A stretch of 64,000 bases of DNA from a virus. Below the pieces are notes generated by a model. The model did no database searches. It was given only the letters and a program-made list of their open reading frames with translations, and was not told where the DNA came from. Position 1 is the first letter of the stretch; every line of letters begins with the position of its first letter. The position numbers and the translations under genes were made by a program. The DNA lies in IMG/VR virus record IMGVR_UViG_3300015360_000032, positions 16,924 through 80,923 of that record. One strand, 5' to 3'. This document shows positions 46,963 through 56,767 of this stretch, in pieces.

Positions 46963-48462
46963 TTAGGATTCCTTTTGATGGGAGGTTGCGATATCAGAGC
47001 CAGTTTGAATCATGTGCCTAATGAGTCCGTCACCGTAGACGGCAAGTTCAACCTCGTCACCCAGCATCTGGACGACATCCCGAAATTCAGCCGCCTGGGA
47101 CATCATCCAAGGCGTGCATTCAAATGTGCGGCCACCGCACGTTAACGGGAACAAGGGTGCCCCGTCATTTTCTTTTTGCTCGTATGCATGATGCTTGCCA
47201 TTAGGCAACGCACAAGAATCGAAACCAAAGACATGCATGCGGTAATAGCCAAGCATGCGCAGAAGCGGAATGGCTCTCAGCACAACGGTAGAGCCGCCCG
47301 GGATGGGGTAGCAAGTACCATATTTCTCTAGAATTTTGTCGCCGTTCTCCGCATCGATGCAGGCATGCCACAGGAAGGTTCTCTCCTTCGGCAATCCCTC
47401 AAATACGCTAGGATGCGCCTGCGAGGCAATCAGGTAGCGGCAGGTGTCAACTTGCGGCTTGACGAACCGTGCATTGAATTCGCGGCCATCAATAACGACT
47501 TGAGCACTCGGGACCAAGCCCTTTTCAATTGCCCAGTTATAGGCGCCATTGCAAGTAACCAGTGCGCAACCGTCTTCCCGCAATTGGCGAATCCGATCTA
47601 GCTCGCTCTCCATGCTTGGGCCACCGGCAAGAAGAATTACTTCGCGGTCTTGTCTGTCGTACGGTTCTGCCTGCATCCAGCCGTTATTGATATTGATTTC
47701 AATATTTTTGTTTAGTTGCTCATCAGTGATATTGATCGTCCCGACTTTGCAGACATCCGCAACTTGCTTCCACGCACTGCAATAGATGTCGCAGGAAATT
47801 TCGTCTTTTTGGGTCCAATGAATAACTGCACCAAGCTCTCTAAGCTGCTCAACCCACCAAGACAAAGGCTTGACGGTCAGGTGCAGAGACTCACCAATCG
47901 TCTTGCCAAAGTGGTCGTCAATGGTGGAGATGCTGAAAAAGACATGTTCGGCGGCACCAAGAATATTGTTCAACACCTTCGACACATCATCTGTAGGGAT
48001 ATGCTCCATGACATCGCAGCAGTACCCGTAGGCCGTTGCGGTCGGAATGTTCTTTGTCAAATCTTGCTGGCGGAAGGTAATTCTTCCGCGCTGTGTCTCA
48101 CACGCTTGTGCAACTTCAGCATCGAGGCAGTTCTCGGTAAAGTCCATCATCGTGACTTTCATACCAAAAATACCGAGCATCAAAGCTTCGCGGCCTGATC
48201 CACATCCAAAACAAGTCACTTCGCTATCATGCGGGGCGCGAGCAACCTCCATAAACGTAGACGACTTTGACTCGCCGGGAGACACCTTGCGGTAGTCGGG
48301 GCCAGCCCACAATTGTTCGTACTTTTTCTTCTCGGGGTTTTCTTCGACGACTGCTACAGGCGCTACTTGCTCAATGGCGGCAACTTTAGGCTTCCAGCCG
48401 GGAATCGGCTTAATCAAAACCTTAGGTGTTTGCCCTGCCATGCCTGTGCGAACCGTTGACAT
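46963..48462 (-). CDS. SAM-dependent methyltransferase fused to Maf/DUF115-like domain
   Basis: FGCGSG and CCDVMEHIP methyltransferase motifs; LAGGPS, TCNGA, ASQAHP, GGSTV, LGY...FGFDSC...HAY Maf-like motifs. Confidence 0.8.
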   Translation of the reverse strand: MSTVRTGMAGQTPKVLIKPIPGWKPKVAAIEQVAPVAVVEENPEKKKYEQLWAGPDYRKVSPGESKSSTFMEVARAPHDSEVTCFGCGSGREALMLGIFGMKVTMMDFTENCLDAEVAQACETQRGRITFRQQDLTKNIPTATAYGYCCDVMEHIPTDDVSKVLNNILGAAEHVFFSISTIDDHFGKTIGESLHLTVKPLSWWVEQLRELGAVIHWTQKDEISCDIYCSAWKQVADVCKVGTINITDEQLNKNIEININNGWMQAEPYDRQDREVILLAGGPSMESELDRIRQLREDGCALVTCNGAYNWAIEKGLVPSAQVVIDGREFNARFVKPQVDTCRYLIASQAHPSVFEGLPKERTFLWHACIDAENGDKILEKYGTCYPIPGGSTVVLRAIPLLRMLGYYRMHVFGFDSCALPNGKHHAYEQKENDGAPLFPLTCGGRTFECTPWMMSQAAEFRDVVQMLGDEVELAVYGDGLIRHMIQTGSDIATSHQKES

Positions 48463-48514
48463 TTTTTCCTCTTACTTGCCGTTCTCAGGCAAAGTGAAAT
48501 TGATTTCAAACCCT

Positions 48515-48546
48515 AAAAAGGGGCCAGAGCGGTAGCCCTGGCCCCT
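48515..48546 (-). terminator. rho-independent terminator after major capsid gene
   Basis: AGGGGCCAG-GGCTACCGCT-CTGGCCCCT-TTTT. Confidence 0.8.
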
Positions 48547-48563
48547 CACGGCCTTCGGCTCGA

Positions 48564-49508
48564 TTAGATGTTTTCGAGCTTCACGACTGCATCAGCGTCA
48601 TCGATCTGGAGACCGCAACGCATCGTCAAAACAATCACCCACTCGCGCGAGCGAATATCCTTGTCCGTCTCGACCGTGATATCGCGGCGGATGCCGAAAA
48701 TCAGGTTCTTCGGGAAAGTCACCAGACCCGTAGCGCCGATGCCGTCAGCAGCAATCATCGGAGCGCCTTCCAACTTCAGGCCGTGAGCCATGATCGGGAG
48801 GTTTTCTTGCAACGTGGTATCGCCGTAGCCGGTTTGGCGCTGAGCGACCTTCTGACGATAGCGAAGGGTATTCGCCACCGAAATGAAGCCACGCATTTGC
48901 GGCAGGTAACGGAGATACTTTTGCGGCAGAGCCAGCAGCGCATCGACAACGAGGTCAGGGTTGATGCCCGCGCCCAGATTGTCCGCAACGTGAGCCGTTG
49001 CACGCTTGAGCCAGCCGTTTTGCAGCGCGAGGTACGCATCGGCAGAAGCCGTGTCGGCCCACAGTGCAAACTCCTCCAAGTCGAGAGCGGCCTGCTGCGC
49101 GATGAGGCGCATGATGTGCGCTTCGAGCGACTGACCTTCGATGTTGTCTTCCAGCGCTTCGTAAGGGATGCGAACTTCCGCGATAACTTCCGAAGAGGTT
49201 AGTTGGATTTGCGAAGACACGGGCTTCGCACGGTCAGCAGCGCGAACATATCTGTCGTTGCCGCCAGCGTCGAGTTCAGAGCCTGCGGTACGCGCGGCAC
49301 GCAGGATACGACTTCCAAAACCTATGCGGTTGATCTTGACTTCCGGGGCGCCCATGCGGACGACACGAGCTTGAGGAAGAACCGTGGGTTCATCAAGAAT
49401 CAAGTCAATAAACGCATTGGCTTGCTCGGGCAGAAGCAAACCGCCGTTGGTGTTCAGGTCCGCAATTGCAAGGTCTGCGCGGGCCAGATTTTCGTTTCTC
49501 GTAGGCAT
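48564..49508 (-). CDS. major capsid protein
   Basis: GGLLLPEQANAF, LEDNIEG, GWLK, LPQKY, NLIFGIRRDI; strong RBS; follows portal, protease and scaffold. Confidence 0.92.
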   Translation of the reverse strand: MPTRNENLARADLAIADLNTNGGLLLPEQANAFIDLILDEPTVLPQARVVRMGAPEVKINRIGFGSRILRAARTAGSELDAGGNDRYVRAADRAKPVSSQIQLTSSEVIAEVRIPYEALEDNIEGQSLEAHIMRLIAQQAALDLEEFALWADTASADAYLALQNGWLKRATAHVADNLGAGINPDLVVDALLALPQKYLRYLPQMRGFISVANTLRYRQKVAQRQTGYGDTTLQENLPIMAHGLKLEGAPMIAADGIGATGLVTFPKNLIFGIRRDITVETDKDIRSREWVIVLTMRCGLQIDDADAVVKLENI

Positions 49509-49541
49509 AGTAAAAGACTCCTTGGTGTTGGTGTGTTCAGT

Positions 49542-50981
49542 TTAGGCCGTTGCTTTGCCGCGAAGGCCGCTGAAAGCACCACGGAAAACGTCAGTCGTCT
49601 TTTCCTTGCTTTCACCTTCTTTACTTGCCGGGGGACTGCTTTCTTGCTGTGAGCGAACCAGGGTTTGCCCCGCCAAGCTCTCCACTCTTTCGGTTACGGG
49701 CTTCATGACTTCTTCCATGATGGCCTTGATGTCCGACCGGCTCAGCGTTTCGCTGGCGGGAGCGGCCACTGCGGCGACTGCGGCGGGGGCGGCAGTAAGC
49801 TCAACCCCTGCGGGCTTGGCGGCTTCGAAAGCGGCTTTGACGCCCTCGATCACACCACTACGGATCATCTCGGTCACTTCTGCGCGAGTCAGTGGCGAAT
49901 CCGCCTTCTGAACTTCGATGGGCTTGGCTTCTGGGGTGGCCGCGCCGCTGGCTGCTGTCGTCATTAAATTCTCCTGGTTAGGTTTTGCGGATCGAACCAC
50001 CGACACCAAGAGTTGGCGCGGCAGAGAGTCCATCACTGTTCCGACGTATTCACCGAACTGCGCAAGTGCGCGGTTGGCGAGTTCTTTTCGCATGTCCAGG
50101 GATAGGCGACTCCAAATCACGATATCGAGGAGGATCGACTTCAGCATGTAGATGGAGTCTTCCATCGCAACACTAAATTCTTGATCCGCCATCGCTGCCG
50201 CGAAGTCGAGTTGCCCCCATCCCCAGTTTCCGTAGGCTGCTTCATTCACGACAGCAACGAAGCCATCAGGAATGCTTGCAACATCCGAACGAACTATGAC
50301 GGCAGTGATGCCATCTTCGAGTGCCATCTGGCGAGTTTCCTCCCCCTCTGGCACCGCGCTCCGTCTAACCACGTAGCATTCGTCAGGATTCTGCGGTTCT
50401 TCGACGGTGCCGTCAACACATTTTTCGGCAACCCATCGCTTAACGTCTTCCAAGGTGTACTTGGCCGCGTCAAAATTCATATGCGCCACTGTCAGCGCGG
50501 CTTTCTCGCCGACCGCCGGAGTGGCGTCAGCCATGCGAGCAATCGTTGCGGTCAAGCCTTCTTCGTTCAGCTTGATAGCCATCGTCGTGTCGTTTGAAAT
50601 TGATTTCAAATCTGCACGGATGGCAACGATGGTGTTTTCTGTCTTCTCGATCCGGTATCCGGAGAGACCATAGTTCTTAAGCGCAGCTTCGACAAATTCT
50701 TCGTTCGCGTCTGGCGGGAACGTAAGTTGAAGGATGGGTCCGGGCTCTTCACTGCGCTTTGTGCGGCGCAACAGTGGTGTACGCATTTTGGGAGCCCCTT
50801 CCGTGTCCGAGCGGACAATTTTGAATCCAGTTTGATTGGCGGGCAAACCCACCATACTCAGCATCTTTGGTTTGCTGATCGCCACCAGCGCGCCCTCGAC
50901 TGGCGTGGCGTCCACTACCGCTTCATCAGCCCGTTTGATCGGGCGGGGATTACGAACAAGCATCTTGGCTCTCCTTTTCAA
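49542..50981 (-). CDS. scaffold / prohead assembly protein
   Basis: Directly upstream of capsid gene; LSMVGLPANQTGF, Ala-rich C-terminus ending DVFRGAF. Confidence 0.7.
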   Translation of the reverse strand: MKRRAKMLVRNPRPIKRADEAVVDATPVEGALVAISKPKMLSMVGLPANQTGFKIVRSDTEGAPKMRTPLLRRTKRSEEPGPILQLTFPPDANEEFVEAALKNYGLSGYRIEKTENTIVAIRADLKSISNDTTMAIKLNEEGLTATIARMADATPAVGEKAALTVAHMNFDAAKYTLEDVKRWVAEKCVDGTVEEPQNPDECYVVRRSAVPEGEETRQMALEDGITAVIVRSDVASIPDGFVAVVNEAAYGNWGWGQLDFAAAMADQEFSVAMEDSIYMLKSILLDIVIWSRLSLDMRKELANRALAQFGEYVGTVMDSLPRQLLVSVVRSAKPNQENLMTTAASGAATPEAKPIEVQKADSPLTRAEVTEMIRSGVIEGVKAAFEAAKPAGVELTAAPAAVAAVAAPASETLSRSDIKAIMEEVMKPVTERVESLAGQTLVRSQQESSPPASKEGESKEKTTDVFRGAFSGLRGKATA

Positions 50982-51583
50982 TGCGTCAAAACTTGATATC
51001 GGTGGTTGTGTTCCCCCGCACCAAACAAACTAATCGCTACATTGGTCACTGTATGGATCGAGATTCTATGCGAATGTCCATCCGTAACTCCAGTTCCGCC
51101 AGATATGGGCTGATTTAGAGCGTTTAACAGGACAAGGTAGGTGTGGGTGTGACCGTCGGTCAGGTCGGGCTGGGTGGTGCCAGTAACCTGCCTATTTCGC
51201 AGATTCTGGATGACTACATCGGTCATGAAGCAGTCGGCTTGGTAACTGAATCCGTTCAGCTTGCCGTCTAGCACCATCTGCCATGTCTCGTCATCGAGTA
51301 CCTTCATGGCAATGACCCACGATCCCTCAGCAAAATCGGGGTCCCCCGGGCGGGCTATGAAAGACTCTACGAGAAGAAGCTTCTCCCCGTTCACATCAAT
51401 CAGATCATGATCGATGTCCAGACCAAACCCATGCTCTGCATAGGCGTAGACGAAATCCTTGATGGCTTCTCGGGTATAGATGTCCCCGTAGCAGTTAGGC
51501 ACGTCGGGGGACAGCAACTCGCACATCACAACCCGCTCGTACTCGTCATCCCCTCTTTTGATGAGTCTGATTCCGGACATCAC
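50978..51583 (-). CDS. XkdF-like prohead serine protease with His-rich tail
   Basis: P.VP..YGD, DIDHD, VESFIAR, GSWV..KV....W..V..G.LNGFS. Confidence 0.85.
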   Translation of the reverse strand: MMSGIRLIKRGDDEYERVVMCELLSPDVPNCYGDIYTREAIKDFVYAYAEHGFGLDIDHDLIDVNGEKLLLVESFIARPGDPDFAEGSWVIAMKVLDDETWQMVLDGKLNGFSYQADCFMTDVVIQNLRNRQVTGTTQPDLTDGHTHTYLVLLNALNQPISGGTGVTDGHSHRISIHTVTNVAISLFGAGEHNHRYQVLTH

Positions 51584-53172
51584 TGCTCCCCGTTTTTGAC
51601 GGCTTGCTGGCTAGCGTCCCCAGACTCCTCCACCTTCTTGGTAGCCTCGTCCTTGGCTGCTTGGTCGTTCTGGGCTTTCTGGGCACCCGTGGTGATAACA
51701 AGCGGCTTATCCATCCACGCCTCGTAACCCTCTGCGCCCTTCTCAGGGTACGGAGCAAGCTCGGTTTGAAGCGTCTTGTTCGCGGCTTTCTGAGCCTCGC
51801 GCGGGGTGACTGCACCCATGACGTTCAAAGCGGTCAGCGCCTTGATCAGCATTTCCGGGGAGGTAATAGACGGCGTGCGGCTAACCAGCTTTACAGTCTT
51901 CAGGTTCAAGCCATTTGCACCATTGATCAGCAGTCTGTTTAGCCGACCATCGTTCTTTTCCCGCTCTGGGGCAAACACCTGCGACTCAGCGACAAATTGC
52001 GACACATTGGCCGTCGCAAAGTTAACGTCTTGGGACATGCCTACAGTGACTGGGGGTAGCCGGAAACTTGACCGGACCTTTGCCATGTTGGCCTCATCGT
52101 AGGCGCGGAATAGGCCGTCTGACTGCCGGGTGTCAGAAAGCTTTTCAACCTTAAGCTCGATGCTCTGGGCTTTGCCGTCTAGGGAATCCCCTTCGCCTAT
52201 GGCTTCCAGAAGCATAATGCGATTCTGGCGCTCTTTTCCAAGCTTTTCGTCGTTTAGGACCCGGGTAAGCTCTTTGTACGACTGCTGAGTCAATCTGCCG
52301 TTTCCGACCAGAAGCATCATCGGTGGTACGGTATTGTCTTGGAAGTACCGCATGTTCACCTCTTCCGCTTCGCGGGAGCCGATGATCGAGGGTAGCTGGT
52401 TGATCCATTGCGGAATGCCGTACCACTCTGTGGATGGTCTCTTAAAGTGGACAATTTCGGTGGCAAGTCTCTTCGGGCTGAATCCCGATTGATTGAAAAA
52501 TGCTCCGTTCGTGTAGTCCATCTGGCGCGGATCGCCAAACTCTTTGAACCACACTTGCTGACCATTCACAATCTGAATGAATCTGCGGAACTTGCGGTAC
52601 TCCCGAACATTGGTCACTCGCCGGCCGCGTGTAACCTTGTACTCTACAAGAATCTCTGTCGGGTCTTTGGCACACAGGCGCGTGTAAAGGGAGGGGCAAT
52701 GTCTCCAGATCGATGGAAGTTTAGATTGGTCGCGGATAACTTCCAGAAATCCAAAGCCAACAGACTCGCGGTCCCGAATAACACTGTCCATCACATCAGA
52801 CAGGGACTCCTCAGAGTTGGCATTGTCGATAAACGACTGAAGCTCAGATCGCTCAGTTTCATCAACCTGACGGCCACGGTCGGTAGCCATGGTTTCCCAG
52901 CCAGTAAGCACGATGTTAGTGACGTACGCATCAATACACTGCCGAACCATGTTCGACTGACTGATAATTTCAAAAAGCCTGCCCGGATTGTAAGGCGCGG
53001 GGAGAATGATCGTAGCGCCTGCGGCAGACGCCAGAGATAGGAACTCATCATTAAGAACAACTTGACGGCTGGTGCTGTCGTCTGCTCTAGTAATGTTGAA
53101 AACCGTAGCCCGTACAGAGGCTTCTTTCACCCGCGATCTTGTGGATCGAAATAGCTTGCGCACCTCGGCCAT
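51580..53172 (-). CDS. portal protein (PBSX/HK97-type)
   Basis: GFGFLEVIR, FKEFGDPR, YGIPQW, YFQDNTVP, FRLPP..VG...N.ATA. Confidence 0.92.
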   Translation of the reverse strand: MAEVRKLFRSTRSRVKEASVRATVFNITRADDSTSRQVVLNDEFLSLASAAGATIILPAPYNPGRLFEIISQSNMVRQCIDAYVTNIVLTGWETMATDRGRQVDETERSELQSFIDNANSEESLSDVMDSVIRDRESVGFGFLEVIRDQSKLPSIWRHCPSLYTRLCAKDPTEILVEYKVTRGRRVTNVREYRKFRRFIQIVNGQQVWFKEFGDPRQMDYTNGAFFNQSGFSPKRLATEIVHFKRPSTEWYGIPQWINQLPSIIGSREAEEVNMRYFQDNTVPPMMLLVGNGRLTQQSYKELTRVLNDEKLGKERQNRIMLLEAIGEGDSLDGKAQSIELKVEKLSDTRQSDGLFRAYDEANMAKVRSSFRLPPVTVGMSQDVNFATANVSQFVAESQVFAPEREKNDGRLNRLLINGANGLNLKTVKLVSRTPSITSPEMLIKALTALNVMGAVTPREAQKAANKTLQTELAPYPEKGAEGYEAWMDKPLVITTGAQKAQNDQAAKDEATKKVEESGDASQQAVKNGEQ

Positions 53173-53176
53173 GAAT

Positions 53177-53521
53177 TCACCCTCTCTTGAACTCGTAGCC
53201 GTTGGCTATGAGGTAGTCGTTTACATTGACAGCCCCCTCGGGTGCTTCAACGACCAGAACCACAACCCAGCTATTTGTGTTGCGATTCACCACCGTAATT
53301 TTAGATTTACGGCCCCGGGTCATCTGCCTAATGAAGCTTCGTAGCTGGCCCGCCTCAGTGGAGCCGCTGGCACTGATTGCATTCGGGGTATCTACACCCG
53401 AAAGTCTCAGACGTTGCTTCTTAAAAAGATTTTCTACCCCTAGATCAACCATTGCGATAAGGTCATCTCCTGAGAAAACCTCTTTGACTTCGCAACTATA
53501 TTCCGTTTGTGCTGGTACCAT
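53177..53521 (-). CDS. staphylococcal-nuclease-like protein, possibly degenerate
   Basis: VFSGDDL...VDLG...RLSGVDTP...VNDYLIANGY. Confidence 0.8.
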   Translation of the reverse strand: MVPAQTEYSCEVKEVFSGDDLIAMVDLGVENLFKKQRLRLSGVDTPNAISASGSTEAGQLRSFIRQMTRGRKSKITVVNRNTNSWVVVLVVEAPEGAVNVNDYLIANGYEFKRG

Positions 53522-53580
53522 TTCCGCGCCTCTTTATCAAAACCAGCGCGATGATACAACAGAGCTTTTATTTTGGACAC

Positions 53581-53606
53581 AAAAAAGCCGCAGAGTATGC
53601 GGCTTT
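53581..53606 (-). terminator. rho-independent terminator ending the early gene block
   Basis: AAAGCCGCA-TACTC-TGCGGCTTTTTT. Confidence 0.85.
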
Positions 53607-53634
53607 GTGGTTTAGGGGCGGATTGAAATTGATT

Positions 53635-53838
53635 TCAAGCGGCTAAAAGATGCGGTCTTAGCTTCCAATACAAACGCCAGGAGGCCTGCGGCCTGCGCTG
53701 CCAGCGATTAAACTTCCCGATGCGCGGGGCGGGGTCCCCTACGTATCCGGGGCATGGAAAGTGTCCGCGAGCCATCCACAGCCGATCTAATGCATTTGGC
53801 TTCAACTCCTTATTGTACGTACCTACCTTGCTTGCCAT
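53635..53838 (-). CDS. hypothetical basic protein
   Basis: TAATG-coupled to the upstream gene; stop lies inside a palindrome copy. Confidence 0.55.
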   Translation of the reverse strand: MASKVGTYNKELKPNALDRLWMARGHFPCPGYVGDPAPRIGKFNRWQRRPQASWRLYWKLRPHLLAA

Positions 53839-54440
53839 TATTTCTTTGGCCCCCTGTCTTTCGGCGGCAGTGGTGCGGAAGTGATCGGAGGTACTGGTAC
53901 AGCTTTCATAGCTTGCCTGAAAGATTCTGGTGTAAGTCGCGCCCTAGCGTTCCTTGGCCCCTCTCGCTGGGCTTCCGGCACAGGCTCAAACTCAGGCTCT
54001 TTGAAACTCGCGGACTTCAAAAATTTATCCTTCGGCCATTCCCCTGCGCCCTGGTCTTTGTCAGACTTCAAACGGACAAAAGGAAACTCCCCCTCGACGT
54101 AGTAAGTCACACCGATTCGGTCGTACTTCGCTTTGGTCGCTTCTAGGTCTGTCTCGTCTTTGCAGAAACGGGTGAACACCGCATTGACCACCGTACGCAT
54201 ATCCCGGTCTGCGTCGATCCCCATCAGGTGGTGCGCGCCGTACAAGAAAACGTGCAGATCACAAAGAGCATCGCGGGCCTTTTCTACATCCTTGTCTCTG
54301 AGTGCATCCTTCAATTCGTTGTATTCGGAGGGAATATTCTTGCACTGATTCTCAAGGCGCGCCCAGTCGATGTTATTTGGATCACCTCGTTCGTTGCCGA
54401 ACATCTGGTTCATCGTGGACACTCTACGGAAGGAATTCAT
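53838..54440 (-). CDS. MazG-like / PRA-PH nucleotide pyrophosphohydrolase
   Basis: EYNEL..A......RDALCDL.VF.YG all-alpha NTP-PPase motif; KFLKS..F.EP. Confidence 0.8.
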   Translation of the reverse strand: MNSFRRVSTMNQMFGNERGDPNNIDWARLENQCKNIPSEYNELKDALRDKDVEKARDALCDLHVFLYGAHHLMGIDADRDMRTVVNAVFTRFCKDETDLEATKAKYDRIGVTYYVEGEFPFVRLKSDKDQGAGEWPKDKFLKSASFKEPEFEPVPEAQREGPRNARARLTPESFRQAMKAVPVPPITSAPLPPKDRGPKK

Positions 54441-54872
54441 TTACATTGCTCCATCGGTTGCGGTTTCGTCTTCGGTCTCATCCTCGTCGTCCTCGTCATC
54501 CTCGGGTACTTCCCCGGACTCTGAGGCCAGACGGGCCTGTGTCTTCTTGTTGAACGGGTTCACGCCCATTCTGAAGGGGTGCAAGGCACAGGTATCAACA
54601 GGGCATTCATTGACTTCCTTCAGGGACCCGCCGCTGCATTCAACGCACTTGGCTCGAATCGCGGTGCGCGGGTTCTTCACCTTCTGCGCATATCGAGCAA
54701 TGGTAGTCATCCATTCATTCGATTCCGCTTCTAATCGAAGCTTGTCCAGAAGTTCTTTGCCCCGCGCGGTCTGCTCTACAGCTACTTTTTTCACAGGAGC
54801 GGCGGCAATGGGGATGATGACCCGCTTGATGGGGATCAAAGGCCTTCCGGCAGTTCTACGGATAATTGTCAT
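54441..54872 (-). CDS. Cys4 zinc-binding protein with acidic tail
   Basis: AIRAKCVECSGG...EV..C....CALHPFRMG.NP. Confidence 0.75.
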   Translation of the reverse strand: MTIIRRTAGRPLIPIKRVIIPIAAAPVKKVAVEQTARGKELLDKLRLEAESNEWMTTIARYAQKVKNPRTAIRAKCVECSGGSLKEVNECPVDTCALHPFRMGVNPFNKKTQARLASESGEVPEDDEDDEDETEDETATDGAM

Positions 54873-55215
54873 TTTCAGCCTTCACGGGTATGAATTTTAA
54901 CCAAGGTGGTTTGGAGGCCATGGGGCCTGCCCACATTAAAGCTCTTGCGCTCTCGTCTGCATAGCAGGCGAAGACTTTGTACTCTTTTTTGTCGCATTCA
55001 ACAAAGATGTATGCAGTATCTTTAGGGGACACGCCCCTCGGCAGCTTCTTGCCTACCGCCGTAGCAAACGATTCAGAAAACGCGATATAACAGTAGTATC
55101 GTCCCCCCGCGCTCGGTCCAAGGATAGCGACGACACTGCTGACGAACTCGTAGGGAAAACAACGGAAGGATCGGTTGGCGGCGCGGATGCCGTAGTGCTT
55201 GTATTCTCTGGACAT
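54856..55215 (-). CDS. hypothetical protein
   Basis: 119-aa ORF in the gene run. Confidence 0.6.
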   Translation of the reverse strand: MSREYKHYGIRAANRSFRCFPYEFVSSVVAILGPSAGGRYYCYIAFSESFATAVGKKLPRGVSPKDTAYIFVECDKKEYKVFACYADESARALMWAGPMASKPPWLKFIPVKAENDNYP

Positions 55216-55622
55216 GGCTCTTTCAATCTATATGCAAGGCGGATTTTTATGTCTTTATCCACGACGATTCCATGATAGATTCGTTCAGGATACCGCATCT
55301 TAATAGTTTTACTAGTGCGATTGTGAAACGTGACCGTCAAGTCACTTAGGTACTCTAGCGACGATATTTCAAAGGCGTTATTAAATTGATAATACAGGTG
55401 CCCGTCCTCCATTACCTTAACCGGCACTGGCAGGCATACTTGATCGTCTTCCCAAGTCGGAATTGCGGGAGGCACGTAAGGCTGTAGCGGCCTCAGAGTG
55501 AATTTATTCATTGGTCGTGTCTCGACTTCATAGCGAGCGCCAAGCCTGCCCGCGAACCACTTTGATAGCTCCCTGCTGTCGTCTTGCAATAGACCCGGGG
55601 GCCAACCTGTTGTCATTCCCAT
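55053..55622 (-). CDS. hypothetical protein
   Basis: ORF fills the gap but overlaps the next gene by ~160 bp; boundaries uncertain. Confidence 0.45.
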   Translation of the reverse strand: MGMTTGWPPGLLQDDSRELSKWFAGRLGARYEVETRPMNKFTLRPLQPYVPPAIPTWEDDQVCLPVPVKVMEDGHLYYQFNNAFEISSLEYLSDLTVTFHNRTSKTIKMRYPERIYHGIVVDKDIKIRLAYRLKEPCPENTSTTASAPPTDPSVVFPTSSSAVSSLSLDRARGDDTTVISRFLNRLLRR

Positions 55623-56767
55623 CTCAATACTTGATCGACATCGATACAGGCAACGATAGATTGATCGCCCGCCGCCGAAAACTCCACCCCGGGTTGACCC
55701 CGCAGGGTTAACAATTCAAGGGTTGAGGATAGTTCGCGCTCTGTAGGAAGGCCGACCACAAAGGTAATCTTGTCCTTTCGCCAATCGTTGTAATCTGCGC
55801 GGAGTCTATTTACGTGGCTAACGTACCCCGCAGTAATGGGCATTCGGTTAATCAATAGATTGTCGATCATCCAATCATAGACGGTACCTGCCGCCGCGAA
55901 AGCGTCTTGCACCGAGTCGAGATTCAATGACGGTATGTTCTTGACGCCCTCTGAAATTGATTTCAAATCAAAGAGCCAATCGGAGACCATGGTGTACTTG
56001 CTCACACGCATGTGCTGGTACTGCTGGAATCCCCCTCCGTGGTATGTTGGATACCCTGCCCCGCGCCAATCGTGCGCAAGGCCGTTGTTTTGCAAGTCCG
56101 CAAAAGCTCTCGTCTTAGCTAACTGCGTAGCGTACTGGCGATAGTCAGGCTTGACCTTCCGCCTGCCAGTATACCGATTCTCATAGAACGCTTCGCGCGG
56201 GCGACCCCGCTCTACCTCGTCTGCGGATATCGCTAAACACAGGTAAGGAGACTCGCTGTAGGTAATCATCCGCGAGTATGGGATGTTCAAGTAGTCGAGG
56301 GCGTGGGCTAGTCCTATGGGGCTTCCTACGGCCGACTCAGGCGCATACAAGTCCATGATCGCGGGAAAGCCCCCTGAAACCCATCGATGTACGCAGATGT
56401 CCGCAGCCGCGCCAAGATCGAATCTATGGTGGCTTGGCTTGTCTGGGTCTTGGTACTTTACGAGCGCTTTGGATACCTGCGGGGAGATGTACCCGTAGCC
56501 TATGGACAAAGGCCCAAACTCCGCCAATATCGGCTCTAGTCCGTGTTCGCAAAGGGCTTTCACGTTGTCGAGCTTCTTGTAATAAAACTCGTCAAATTCA
56601 ACGACGTTGGCGAGCCCCCTTGAGTACACGGAATGATTCCCGAGAAAGTCGCTTAGCAGGAAATGCTTCGATAGCCAAGTACGGCACGGATGGATTTCCA
56701 TGGCAACTTCAGTGCCCGCGAGTTGATACCTGCGCGGGGAAGAGACTACTGGCAACCGCGCTGTCAC
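55613..56767 (-). CDS. peptidase M15-like protein with internally duplicated fold
   Basis: LSKHFLLSDFL...LEPIL..FG....YGY...SHH......AADI; second degenerate copy RVSKYTMVSDWL...ITAGY. Confidence 0.6.
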   Translation of the reverse strand: MTARLPVVSSPRRYQLAGTEVAMEIHPCRTWLSKHFLLSDFLGNHSVYSRGLANVVEFDEFYYKKLDNVKALCEHGLEPILAEFGPLSIGYGYISPQVSKALVKYQDPDKPSHHRFDLGAAADICVHRWVSGGFPAIMDLYAPESAVGSPIGLAHALDYLNIPYSRMITYSESPYLCLAISADEVERGRPREAFYENRYTGRRKVKPDYRQYATQLAKTRAFADLQNNGLAHDWRGAGYPTYHGGGFQQYQHMRVSKYTMVSDWLFDLKSISEGVKNIPSLNLDSVQDAFAAAGTVYDWMIDNLLINRMPITAGYVSHVNRLRADYNDWRKDKITFVVGLPTERELSSTLELLTLRGQPGVEFSAAGDQSIVACIDVDQVLRWE

